NCBI RefSeq assembly: GCF_006345805.1
Contig: NC_043006.1
Span: 3,224,001 to 3,288,000, forward strand
DNA: 64,000 nt
Direction: 5' to 3'
Origin: Octopus sinensis
Lineage: Eukaryota
How positions within the stretch are numbered: the stretch's first letter is position 1; the number at the start of each line of letters is the position of its first letter. Positions 35,840 through 47,664 of the stretch are shown here, one piece after another. Under the pieces are notes generated by a model that saw only the letters and a program-made list of their open reading frames with translations, did not search any database and was not told the DNA's origin. Made by a program: the position numbers and the translations under genes.

Positions 35840-37760
35840 GTATATTCTTGCAATTAGATATAGAGAGCTATTGTGTCACTATCAACCCGATCGTCCTTAA
35901 TCAAGCCCTGATATGTAGCATGAGAAACTCCGGTTTGTCCCGCCGTGAAATAGATATTAAACTTGCCGCGCGAGCCACTTTAGTAGATATTGATGGTAGA
36001 TTATGGAGTAGATTAGAAAGGGATAATGGTTTTGATACAGCAGTGGGGTCATATGATTCTGCACCGGTCACAGACCTACTAGGAGTATATATCTTTTCAT
36101 TAACCCAGTCTTCCTTTCCGGAAGTGACGGGGGTCTGTATAGGGATGACGCCATGTTTTTTCTGAACAGAAGTAGCAAAGTACAATTAGAAAGGCACAGG
36201 GAAAATTTCTTTAGACTTTTTAAAAATTTAGGGCTAAACATTACTATGGGAAAGGATTATTGTAGAGTGAATTTACGCTACCTTCTGTCTTTATACTGGT
36301 TTATTTGAACCATTTCATAAGCCTAATTGTTATATTAAGTACATTAACGCAGCATCTAATCATCCACTGTCGATAATACGGGGATTAGCTTAAAATATTT
36401 CTGCAAGAATTTCTAGATTATCCGCTAATAATAAAATTTTCAAATAACATGCAACTTATCATAGCGCTGTTTTAGCTTGGGCTGGTTACCGTGAAAAAAT
36501 TCAGTATGGTTTATTGAGTGCGTTAGATTTCTACTACACCAGCGTAGGCATAGGAAAAACTATACCAACATTTGTACACATACACACATAATAACGCGCA
36601 CATCCGCACATATACGTATACATATACACTCTTATGCACTGTGTCTGCAAACATTCGCGTATATATATATATACACATTCAAATATGCATTTGCGTACTC
36701 ATACGTATAAGAAAAACATATACATATATATCCAACCATAAATATACATATCCATACAATAATATACATACACATGTATATACATATGAATACATTTCGA
36801 CATATCCACATATATTTACTAAATTAAAAAATATATGTTTGTCATCGAGTGGCGTATAGATAAGCCAGCGCAGGCAGGGAATAAACCAACCGTAAGGAAG
36901 ACTATGGTAATTTAAATTCAAATCCACAAGCCAATCATATTTTAGCGCTAGATCCGTAACCATTTCTGAAAGTAATAGTGTATTTATGTCACAAGGAAAA
37001 TTATAAACTTGAACTCGGACTTACATCTGTGCACCTGTGGATCTTAATGTAGTGTAAACAGAATGCTGGTACTTCATATTTCGTATGTATATGCGGATAT
37101 CTAACACTTTGCATGGTATTGTAGTACTATTGTGACTATATTGCTAATAATGGAATCTATGTATTGTTTTTCTAGTATTAGCGTTATTAATAATAATATG
37201 AATGATGATATTGGTAGCATTAGTGGTAATGACAATGATAATGATGCTAACATTAATGACATTTTGGAAATTAATAAGAATTAATATAATGTACTCTTGA
37301 CTCCGTATATCTGCATTTAGGTATTAATATGTGTATGTTTTTCTACATTGTAATTATCACAATATTAAGTTGAAAAGCTGTAACATTGAATGTGGAACAT
37401 ATGTATGTTTATTGATTTATATTATTTATATTATTATGTATATGTATATTTATATGTATAGGAGCGTGAGTATACGCACTCATATGTATATGTATATGTT
37501 TTATTATGGGTATGTACCCACACCTATATAAGTATGTATGTAATCTGATTTGTATCACATAATCTCCGAAGAGGCCTTAGGATATTTTTGTAAATGTCTC
37601 ATTTATAACAACATATTGACCTACCATAAATGGCTAATATAAGTAAAATGAGACATACTTATCTACATGGCCGAAACAGCTGTAAGATGTAGTCTATATT
37701 TATATTTATGTGTACTTATATTTATTTTCTCTTATACATATTCTACTTATTGTATAACAT
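35840..37760 (+). mobile_element. Decayed Penelope-like element, Naiad-like RT, with 3' pLTR
   Basis: QLDIESY...FDTAVGSYDSA...GLYRDDA (frameshifted), then PFHKPN..IKYINAASNHP; hammerhead-like motif at 37562. Confidence 0.8.
37562..37688 (+). ncRNA. Hammerhead-like motif, U4C core, ~100-nt extended stem II
   Basis: atct-CCGAAGA-ggcc...atgtctcattt/aaatgagacat...ggcc-GAAAC-agct-GUA-agat. Confidence 0.65.
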
Positions 37761-38090
37761 TACTCTTTTATGTACACTCCTTTATGTACACTGTTTTGCC
37801 CTACATTATTATGTTTAACCTTATAGTTTCTTATGTGGTGGTTTAATAAAGTATGTGATTGAGTATTATCTGGTAATTGATATTTGATTTCGATGTATTT
37901 TTCCATTTTCTTATTTTGTATTATGAATTTGTGGTAAAAAATTTTACCTTTGCCCATATAATACAGTAAATGAATTAATTGCATGGCAATTCTTAACATT
38001 TATGTATTAACTTTGTTGGGTATTTCACTAGCAGTATATTGGATATATGTAATCCCATGGAGGGTTGCATTTACAACCCCTATCTCAATT

Positions 38091-38125
<35 letters not shown>

Positions 38126-38143
38126 ATACATGCATACGTACAT

Positions 38144-38203
<60 letters not shown>

Positions 38204-38346
38204 GGGAGGGGCTGGTTGTGTGTGTGTTTAATTTTGGTATATGGTTTAAAATGATGTATTTGGGTCATTTTACCATTAATCACACACACATATAGTTCAA
38301 GTGCAGCTATTAATTATTATTGTTATTGTTGTTGTTCTTGTTGTTG

Positions 38347-38419
<73 letters not shown>

Positions 38420-39469
38420 TGGTAGATTGGTTAACATGCCGGGCAAAATACTTTGTGGCATTTCATCACCTACAGGTGAAACTCAGAGCAGGAAAAGACT
38501 GACTTGGCTGAAATAATATATATCATCCATCTGGTATTGAATGCTTTCTATCTAACAACTTACACTAGAAATATATGTGTGTGTCTACGTGAGTATCAGC
38601 GAAACGTCTTTAAGAACGTACGTTTGGTATTGAGAGAGGAAGAAAATTACAAATATAAATATACACTCAACAATCACAGACTGCGCGATTCCTTATGTAA
38701 ACGATTCGAGGACATTTTCCCCTCGAATAGTGAAAAAATAATACAGCATAATTACGCAACAAATATGTTTACACCATAAAAGAAATAATACCACGTTGAA
38801 CACATCATAATAAATAAATGCTTTAAAAGTGGTTTGAATTGCAAACAAGATAAATATCTTCGGATGTAGAAGTAGCGGTAATGAAAATGACAGCAACTTA
38901 ATAACAATTTAGATTGGCAAGGAAAAAAAAAACCATGAGTTAGCCACAGAAAAGGAATTGGCTTTAGAGACACCAGATAGAATAGAATAACAAAAGTTAC
39001 CACATTAAAAATGGATTTATTCTGTTGTACCCAGTGTGACATTATTTATTCTGTTGAGCAAACATGTGTTATCGTAATTATGTGTTTTTTTTTCTGTTGT
39101 GCAAGTAGGGCATGTCCCTGAATGATCTACTTAAGGATTTGCGCATCAGTTGTATAATAAATTTTGTGAATCTGTATATAATATCGAAATTGGGCAATAC
39201 TAGTAAAGAAAACCCGACAGATTGATCAATGAAGAATCAACACATAAATATTAAAACGTACAAAACCCAATCAAAATACTACTAAGAAATTAGCTAATGA
39301 AAATAAGAGAGACTCAGAGAAAAAAGTTGCACCGCTACACAAGATAAGACACCAGTTTTCTATACCAACAATGTGTCACACGGGGACATGAAATACGAAT
39401 CGAAAGAAAATATTTCAATTTAAGTATTTTATATGTGCGTGTGTAGTCATATATATATATATATATATA

Positions 39470-40722
39470 GGTGAGAAAGTTGGTGTGTGAAAGGATGTGG
39501 TTGAATATATAGAAAATAGTAAAAAGTGAAAAAACTACAGAAGGCTTGTTTTAGAAGGTTAAAAAATATATATTTGAGTTATTATGTCTGAAGAATGTTA
39601 TAAATTTTTTTCATACAATGACATAGTTTTTGAAGAAAGACCGGTTTCGCGTTCAGCTTTTCAAATTTCTTACATCGTTATGTTTACGTTGAGAAGTGTG
39701 AAGGAGAGTGAAAGAGAGTTCCAGATAAGGGGAGGTAATAAGTGATTTCTTCCGGTGTAAGGGAGATAATCGCTTAATATTTCTTGCCTTTCTTTTGGAG
39801 TGAGTTTCTCTGTATAAGAATGTTGGAATGGTTAAGTTTGGGCTTGTATTTTTCAATGAAGAATGTTTCCTTGTTTAGTCTAATATGTGTTGGTGTTCCG
39901 ATAGCACATTGGTAAAATGGAAAGATTAAAAATTGTGGTAGTAGTTGCTTTGCGCATTTCTCAATGTGCTCACTAAAGGGTATTATTCTGTATTCTGGGA
40001 ATGCAATCTGTTGTCGATGCAGTGTGCATCTACGTCTGAGTGATAGTCCCGTGGACCCCACGTGGTTTTGGTGGCAGCCCGAGCATTTTATGACATAAAT
40101 TATGTTTTCAGAGGCACAAGTAAAATTAGATTTGATCTTGAATTTCTGTCCCTCTTTGAAGAAGAATTCTGATCCTTCTAGCAGGTTTGGACATGTTGCA
40201 CAGTTCGGTCTACCACATTTTTTTACTTTTGCATCCGTAATTTCAGAAAACAATTTTGCCTTTGTGAGAATCTTTTAAAGTGATTTAGGTTGTTTGTAGC
40301 TTTTAATGATTTGGTGTGTGTTTAAAATTTCCTTTAATTTGGGGTCCTTATGAAGTATTGGTAAATTCTGGGTGATGATGGTGAAGGCTTCTTTGTTTCT
40401 GGGGTTGTATGTGGATATGTAAGGTAGTATTTTCGGGGAAGGTATGTTGTTGTGTTGAACTTTTTTCAAAGTTTCTATGTTGATTTCTGTTGCACGTCTG
40501 ATCCCATACTCTATGAGTTGAGCTGGGTAATGTCTGTCAATTAGGGTGTTTTTGAGTTCTTGCAGTCTAAAGTTCCTGGTATTTTGTTCTGACACTATTG
40601 TGCATATCCTTCTTGCAAGGTTGAAGGGGATGTTTGTTTTAGTGTGTCTTGGGTGGCATGAATCAAAAAGTAGGTATTGTTTGGCGTCTGTGACTTTGTA
40701 AAAAATGTCTGTTTCTATTTTA
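39470..40722 (-). mobile_element. 5'-truncated Penelope-like element (RT thumb, GIY-YIG, pLTR)
   Basis: FYKVTDAKQYL; KKCGRPNCATC...NIIYVIKCSGC...VGSTG.SLRRR; same family as 57627-58598. Confidence 0.95.
39633..39671 (-). ncRNA. Minimal hammerhead-like motif, U3:A8 core
   Basis: aagaaa(t)-UUGAAAA-gc(tgaac)gc-GAAAC-cg-GUC-tttctt. Confidence 0.7.
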
Positions 40723-40724
40723 GA

Positions 40725-41488
40725 CGACCTTTTGTTTTTTTTTCACAGAGTTCTAGAGTGACCGTTTTTCACCATCTTCTTGTAACACCCATACATTTGT
40801 CCAATGATCTTTGTAAGTGACTCGTAACATTCTCCAATACATCCACATTTCAAACATATTTGATTTTGTTCTCTTCAAATTTCTTCAGTGTCCATCCTTC
40901 GCAACCATAAATACTTATCAGCCAAATGAGTGCTCATACGAGCCTTATTTTCTAAATTTAATTGTGGCACTTTTGCTGGTTCAGTTGTTATCAAGCTTTT
41001 CCCTAGACGTTCCTGCCATGGCTAACCGTGACCTAATTTCTTACTTGTATCTTCATCTGAGATCTGGGCTCCAGCATACTTGTACAATTTAACCTGTTCG
41101 AGCTTCTCACTATTCAGTCTGATGTTAACGTTTACTTACTCTTTTCCTACTACGGTGACTTTTGTTTTATTATAATTCAGATAAAGACTATGCGCATACC
41201 TTCTCGATTCTATATATCATTTCTTGCAGTCCGGTTTCGGTCTTGGCAAGTAGAGCACTATCGTCTGCCTATCTTAGATTAGAAATATGCAAAACCATTT
41301 ATTTTGATACCATCTTTTTCCTGTATTGGTTCTCGCATTACCCACTTATTGGATAATGAGGTATTTCGAAATACCAAGATTGGTCATGATGCGTCACATG
41401 TGGCTATAGTTTTCACAGTCAACGGCCTTTCTGTAGTCAACGTACCGAAGCAAAGCTGTAAGGTTGTGAGCTCTTGTATTTTTCCCTA
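40725..41488 (-). mobile_element. RTE LINE RT fragment
   Basis: YVDYRKAVD, ADDSALLA, KTKV, EIRSRLAMA motifs. Confidence 0.8.
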
Positions 41489-41489
41489 A

Positions 41490-42416
41490 AATGGTTTAAA
41501 ATTTATTCTCCAGCTTCTGTTGAGAACGATGAAATGGTTTAACTTTTCTATGAAAAACTGCAGAACACAATGAACAAATCACCAAAGCAGGACATAGTAG
41601 TCACTATGCGAGACATCAATGCCAAAGTAGGACAAACACCTCTAATAAGAGAAGTTATTGGATGACATGGTGCAGGGATGGCAAATGGCAGAGGATGGAG
41701 ACTTGCAAAATTCTGCGACGCAAACAAGATAATTTACTTGAAGATCTCCCAAGGGAATGACAAAAAATCAGATAGATTTCATTCTTGTTCAACACAGAAG
41801 GAAACCAAACATCGCAATCTGCAGAGCATACCCCGGAGCCGACTGCGATTCTAACCACTATTATCTTATGGCTACATAGATCATGCGAATGAAAAACTTG
41901 AAAAAGAAACATCCGCCCATGCAATATAATCTCGAAACCCTCAGAGAATAAACGGTAGCTATCATCAGCAGATTTGAAACGCTACTGAAGATGCAAGAAG
42001 GGAAGAGCCCAGATAATATGTGGCAATAGATGAAAACTGAAATTCTTGACTCTGCCGAAATACACTTGCCCAAAAGAAAAAAAAAGAAAAAGTATCATAA
42101 AGCAAACACGGATGGCTCTTGTTGAAAAAAAATGGAGGACTGCAAGAATCTTGTGTTCCGACTCAGAAGAATATAAAAAGATCAACAAAGAAGTTAAGCG
42201 AGAATGTCAGAAAGATATAAACAATTACATAACCAATTTGTACGAAAATCATGAACCAGTAACACGTAAGAACACGAAAGGTCTTTTCGAACAAGTGAAG
42301 GAACTCATAAACGAATACGCTGAAAAGAGGGCAGCATCAAATCACAGAGAAAACAGACCTAACAGCAGCACAACAGATAAACCAAAGATGGTTAGAGAAC
42401 ACCAAGAAATTGTCTA
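41490..42416 (+). mobile_element. RTE LINE AP-endonuclease and linker fragment
   Basis: IYSPAS...FYEKLQ...DINAKVG; KNQIDFILV; CRAYPGADCDSNH. Confidence 0.85.
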
Positions 42417-43470
42417 ACATGTAAGTTTAATACTTTTGAGTGTGGTTTGAACTGAGTTGGTGAATTTATTATCACACAGTATGTGTGTGTGTGTGTGCAT
42501 GTGAAAAAGTTTCAGAGATTTAGAAAACAAATTACAGTTGATGCAAATATATAATGAGTTATTATTTCAGATATAATTTTAGAGATTCCAAACAATACTT
42601 TTGCTTTTCATTTTAACCTGAAACATTTTTGCCAGACCTCGCTCCAAATTCTAGTTCATTATGTAATTGTAGATTTAGCTTTTCTGAGAATCACAATATC
42701 TTGTAATAGCACGCTATATCTCTGGACAGAAGATCTGTGGATATTTGTAAATGTCGACACAAAAGAGTACTTTCCAGAGTCAGTTTCATTCGACTCACTT
42801 GGAAAATAATGCCAGAAAAAAATTAGTAGTTTGCTCCCTTGCTAACGGAAGTTAATTATGTTTGAGTTGCTTTTCTTGACATTCTTGCACGGTAATGTCT
42901 TATGCAAAATCCTGCAATCACTCCTTTCTCTTGACCTGCTTCGGCCAACGGAAAACAATCTTACAAGTAACCAGTACATATTAACCTTTCAAGTAACATG
43001 CAACAAACGCTTCATTCATGATGAATATTATATTCAGTTAATATCTACTTCAGAAACACCGAGTAATGGCCACTTGTAACAGAAATCTGAGGTGATTTCT
43101 ACTTGCCGTCACAGCAAAAGGAGAACGACTATTTCGAAAAAATAATTCCTGAGTATTCCTTTTTAAGGAGAGTTAATCTTGACTATGTTTATTTCTTTAT
43201 GCTAGCAGCATTTTCACATTCTTGTAGCATTCTCCTAGCATAAGATACTCTGCAGTATTATACATACTAACAGTTTGAAATTATTTCTACCACGTGATCT
43301 ACTTTGACCAAGGGTAAATCAGGTTTATCAACTAAGAATAAGAACCCAACTTGAGAGTCGCATGTGATTTATACTTCATTAATGACGGATTTATGACTGA
43401 CTAACACGCCTATCTGTGTCAATGAAAAACCCAATAGCAGATGCTTGAATCACCGAATATTCACCTAGAG

Positions 43471-43730
43471 CAGAGGTTCTCAACCATTTCTTACCAATGT
43501 ATCCCCTTGATACCTATTTTGCTTGGGCGAATCCTCTCAAACCCATTCGATGTTTAAAAACATTCCTATATTATTTTTATAAATAAATTTACATGTACAG
43601 CAATTGTACAAGATATTGTTAAGATATTTTGTATGTTGTAGAAGTATAACAATTTATTGCACATAAACTTTAGCAACAAAATCTTATGTGGACCCCCAAG
43701 GGTCACGTGGACCCCAGATGAAAACCACTG
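43471..43730. mobile_element. hAT/Charlie-like MITE with an 8-bp TSD
   Basis: cagaggttctcaacc...gaaaaccactg; TSD acctagag/acctagac. Confidence 0.85.
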
Positions 43731-43775
43731 ACCTAGACATGTACACACAAACATACAAAAACTAACAAGCATATA

Positions 43776-43836
<61 letters not shown>

Positions 43837-44171
43837 GTGTGCATACTACATATAAATATAAATAAGTAATAATTGATAGATAAGTGTCAATTGATTAAAG
43901 CCGTTTCTAACGAATTTTTTAATTGATCAAGAAGTACATTATATCATTATAACAAACCTTTTTCATCAGATGAATACATAAATTTTACAATCAAGGACAT
44001 CTAAAAACATATTTGTATTCACGACACATACATATTTTGTGATCCCACCACCGACGCTCACCTAATTAGGTGCCTTACCTTTACCGAAGAAAATTCTATC
44101 TCATACCTATTTATGAAATAGAAAGAAAAAAGAGCTCAGCAGTACCAGTAAATTATCTTTTATCGTTTTAA

Positions 44172-44394
44172 CTTTTACTTGCTTCACTTACTTGACTGCA
44201 GCCATGCTGTGGCACTGCCTTAAAGAATTTTTTGTCGAATGAATCGACCCCAGTCTTTTATATATATTTTTTATGCCTGCTACTTATTCTGTCGAACTGC
44301 TAAGTTACGGGGGCGTAAACACACCAGCACCGGTTGTCAAGTGTTGGTGAGGACAAACAGTCTCTCTCTCACACACACACGCATATATATATAT

Positions 44395-44440
<46 letters not shown>

Positions 44441-44622
44441 ATAATATATATATATATACGTAGGGGTTCCTTCAGTTTCCAAAAAGCAATCTACTAAGAA
44501 GGTTTTGGGGTCGGTTAGAGACTAGAGTAGAAGACACTTGGTCAAGGTGCCACGCAGTGGGACTGAACTCGCAATCATCTGGTTGGGAAGCAAGCTTCTT
44601 ACCATACAGCCATGCCTGCGCC
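44172..44622 (-). mobile_element. SINE family A, full length
   Basis: Reverse complement of 5188-5593. Confidence 0.88.
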
Positions 44623-45290
44623 TAGATTGCCAGACAAATCCCTTTATTGTCCTTGTGTTCTTAGTTTAAATCTCGCTCCTTTTATCTCATTGAAAATAAA
44701 TAGCAGCCAAGAGATAGACCGATATAATAAACGGTTTTCTTCCCTCAAATATGTGCCCTGGGGCCTAGGGCAGAAATAATTATTAATATAGCTCGTCTTC
44801 TCGTCCTGTCTTCCACACTTCTAGTCACCATTAGTAAAGTACTAATATATCATTTGTTCGTCTGGGTTATCTGGCGCCACAATAAGCCCGCCCCTTTTGT
44901 CGTTCGACGGTTACTTGTTTCAAAGATGAAAAAGAAAAAAAAAAGAAAAAAAGAAAATAAGGCAAACAATCGTTCCAAATCGGTGAGTCGAAAGATTTAA
45001 TCCTAACCATTGTGACTTTTACTGGAACAGTATATAATTGCCTTATAAGATGTCAAAGAAAAAATTAACAGCCACCTCATTACATCCCCACTCCAACTCA
45101 GCTATCCTTATTGCAATCACGTTGGAAGTTTCTCTGCAAGAATTGTCTGGCTAAATATTTTTTTTACATTTTCTCAAGCTTACCATTTTTTTTAAAGGGA
45201 GAAGAAAATCGTTTTCTTTACCAGCGACGCCATATTTAAAAAGACAATTACAAGCCTTGATTGTTACACGCATATACATGTGTGTGTGTG

Positions 45291-45372
<82 letters not shown>

Positions 45373-45780
45373 TGAACGTATTTGAATGTACATATATTTG
45401 TATACACGTATACATATATATAAATATATATACTTATATATATTGGCCTGCTCGCTTAGCCAGCGGGATGGCATCATTTGGAGGCTAAAACAATGCGAAG
45501 CGCATTGTGACCAGCGATGTGTAGCAACATCTGATAGCCTGGTTGGTCACGGTGATCTCGGTGATATACTTATATATGCATACACACATACGCATATATT
45601 TTATATGTGTGTGTATAGATGTGTGTATGTGTATCAGTATCATGATATATTGCTTTAGGTGTTATTTAAATCATCCGTACGGTTGTAGTTTCTTCTGTGT
45701 TGTTGTTGTTGTTGTTGTTGTTGTTGTCACTTATTTGATATAGATGTTAGTTTCGTTAATATTATTATTGTCCCTTTAAA

Positions 45781-45995
45781 AGCGGAGACCTGGCAGAATC
45801 TTAGCACGCCGGGAAAAACAGTGCTTAATGGCATTTCGTCCGTCTTTACGTTCAGAGTTCAAATTCCGCCGGGGACTAGTTTGCCTTTCATCCCCTTTTG
45901 GGTTGATAAAATAAGTACCAGTTGAGTACTGGTGTCGATGTAATCGACATAATCTCACCCCACGCAATTGATAGCGTTATGGCAAAATTTGAAAT
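45781..45995 (+). mobile_element. SINE family B (a second degenerate copy follows at ~46020-46210)
   Basis: ctggcagaatcttagcacgccggg...gagttcaaattccgcc...gcctttcatcc. Confidence 0.85.
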
Positions 45996-47061
45996 CAAAA
46001 CTTTTATGTCACTTGGAGTTAGTTGGTGCATTGGCAGAATCATTATATTGCCGAACAAAGTGCCAAAAATGCATTATAGTTATTAGTTTCGGCTTTTTAC
46101 CTTTTGAGTTCAAATCCCATCATAGTTGCTTTGCCTTTTCATGCTTCCGAGGTAAATAAGATAAAGTACTAGTTCAGGTAAATAATGAGGGTCTCGATAT
46201 AATCTACTTGAAACGCCTAATCCTAACCAAAAATTGCTCTGTTGCTATGACAGTAATCTGTAAATAGTTATAATCTCCAGAGAGAGTTGAACAGCAGATC
46301 TTCAGAGAAGAAACCCGCTTCTTGTGCATGTATTCCTATTGGACTTACAAGTCGAAATCCTGTCGAATCTGGCCTTATTACTATCTTAGTTATGAGTAGC
46401 TTGTAAGAAACTCTAGAGACAGTTGACTAGCAGATCTCCATAGAAAAGGCACCGTCCCTTATACAAGTGTTTCGACCATTAATTTATATATGATTTAAGA
46501 GTTTAAACCCTACAATTTCTGGCCTCATTGTTATGCCAGTTATGAATAAGTTTTCAGAAATTCAAGCGAAGTGTTGAACAGAAGAAAGTCTTCCCACCTT
46601 ATTGCAGTTGCTTCGATCTTTTACTCCAATAGGATATAATGATAAAAGTTCTGCCAAATACGGTTTTATTCCTGCCACTAGTCAACATTATTTTCACTTG
46701 GAACGATTTCAGAAATTTTCAAAATGATTTTTTTCTTTTAAAACATGAATGGAAGAATTTATCACATACGTTCGTGATTAAAACTAGGAAAACCTTATTT
46801 AAAGAAATTTAAGCAACCTCTTGTATCGTCGAGATTTATATTAGGCATGTTCTTCATCGTATAATGTCAAGGAAACTCTACGTGACAACTTACTAGAAAT
46901 AACAGCAGAGTTTCTCACAATAATTCCTAAAACCTTTAAACAGTATCCCTAAAAACACCTGCTGGTTACGGTTAGAATGCATTTGATAAGAGGTTTGCCC
47001 AAATAAGATTTACCTTGGGTTAAACACCAACAATAAAAACAACTGATCTCTTGCAATATTG

Positions 47062-47270
47062 GGTTCAAATTTTGTCGCAAAGCTAGCAATTTCGGGAGAG
47101 GAGATAAGTCGATTATATCGACCCTTGTCTTCAATTAGTACTTATTTTACCGACCCCGAAAAGATGAAACGCAGAGCCGACCTCGGCAGAATCTGAACTC
47201 AGAATGTAAAACGGATGAAAGGTCAGAAAGCATTTTGTCCGGCGTGCTAACTGTTCTACTATTTACCGTC
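47062..47270 (-). mobile_element. SINE family B
   Basis: Matches the reverse complement of 45781-45995. Confidence 0.8.
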
Positions 47271-47585
47271 TTAATCTCTGGTAATATTGGCCACAATATC
47301 ATATTTATGATTTCAATGAATAGTGAATAGGAACACAATTTACCAAAGGTGTGTTTTCAGGAACCAAGTAAAATGTACAGCATCTGGCATTCATATCTTC
47401 ATGAGCATTTGCTATGTAATTGAAAAGAATGCTTGCAGTCAAGTCCCGCTTGATTCTGTCAAACTTTCTAGAGCTACTCATATTCTTATTTTGATTAAGT
47501 TGACCTAACACCTCACTACAACCTGGTTTTGTAAACAACCAAAGAAGAATTAACAATAGAATGTAGAATATTATTGGACAATGTG

Positions 47586-47628
47586 CCTGTAATTCCGAAA
47601 TTTCGCTAACAACAACTCATCAGACAGA
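47586..47628 (-). ncRNA. Type I hammerhead motif with canonical core
   Basis: tctgt-CUGAUGA-gttg(ttgt)tagc-GAAA-tt(tcgg)aa-U-U-acagg. Confidence 0.65.
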
Positions 47629-47664
47629 TTGATGACCAGTTGCTGGTGAAACTCCTAACTCTGT
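47624..47664 (+). ncRNA. Degenerate type I hammerhead motif, opposite polarity
   Basis: acaga-UUGAUGA-ccag(ttg)ctgg-t-GAAAC-tcctaac-tctgt; cleavage triplet damaged. Confidence 0.45.
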
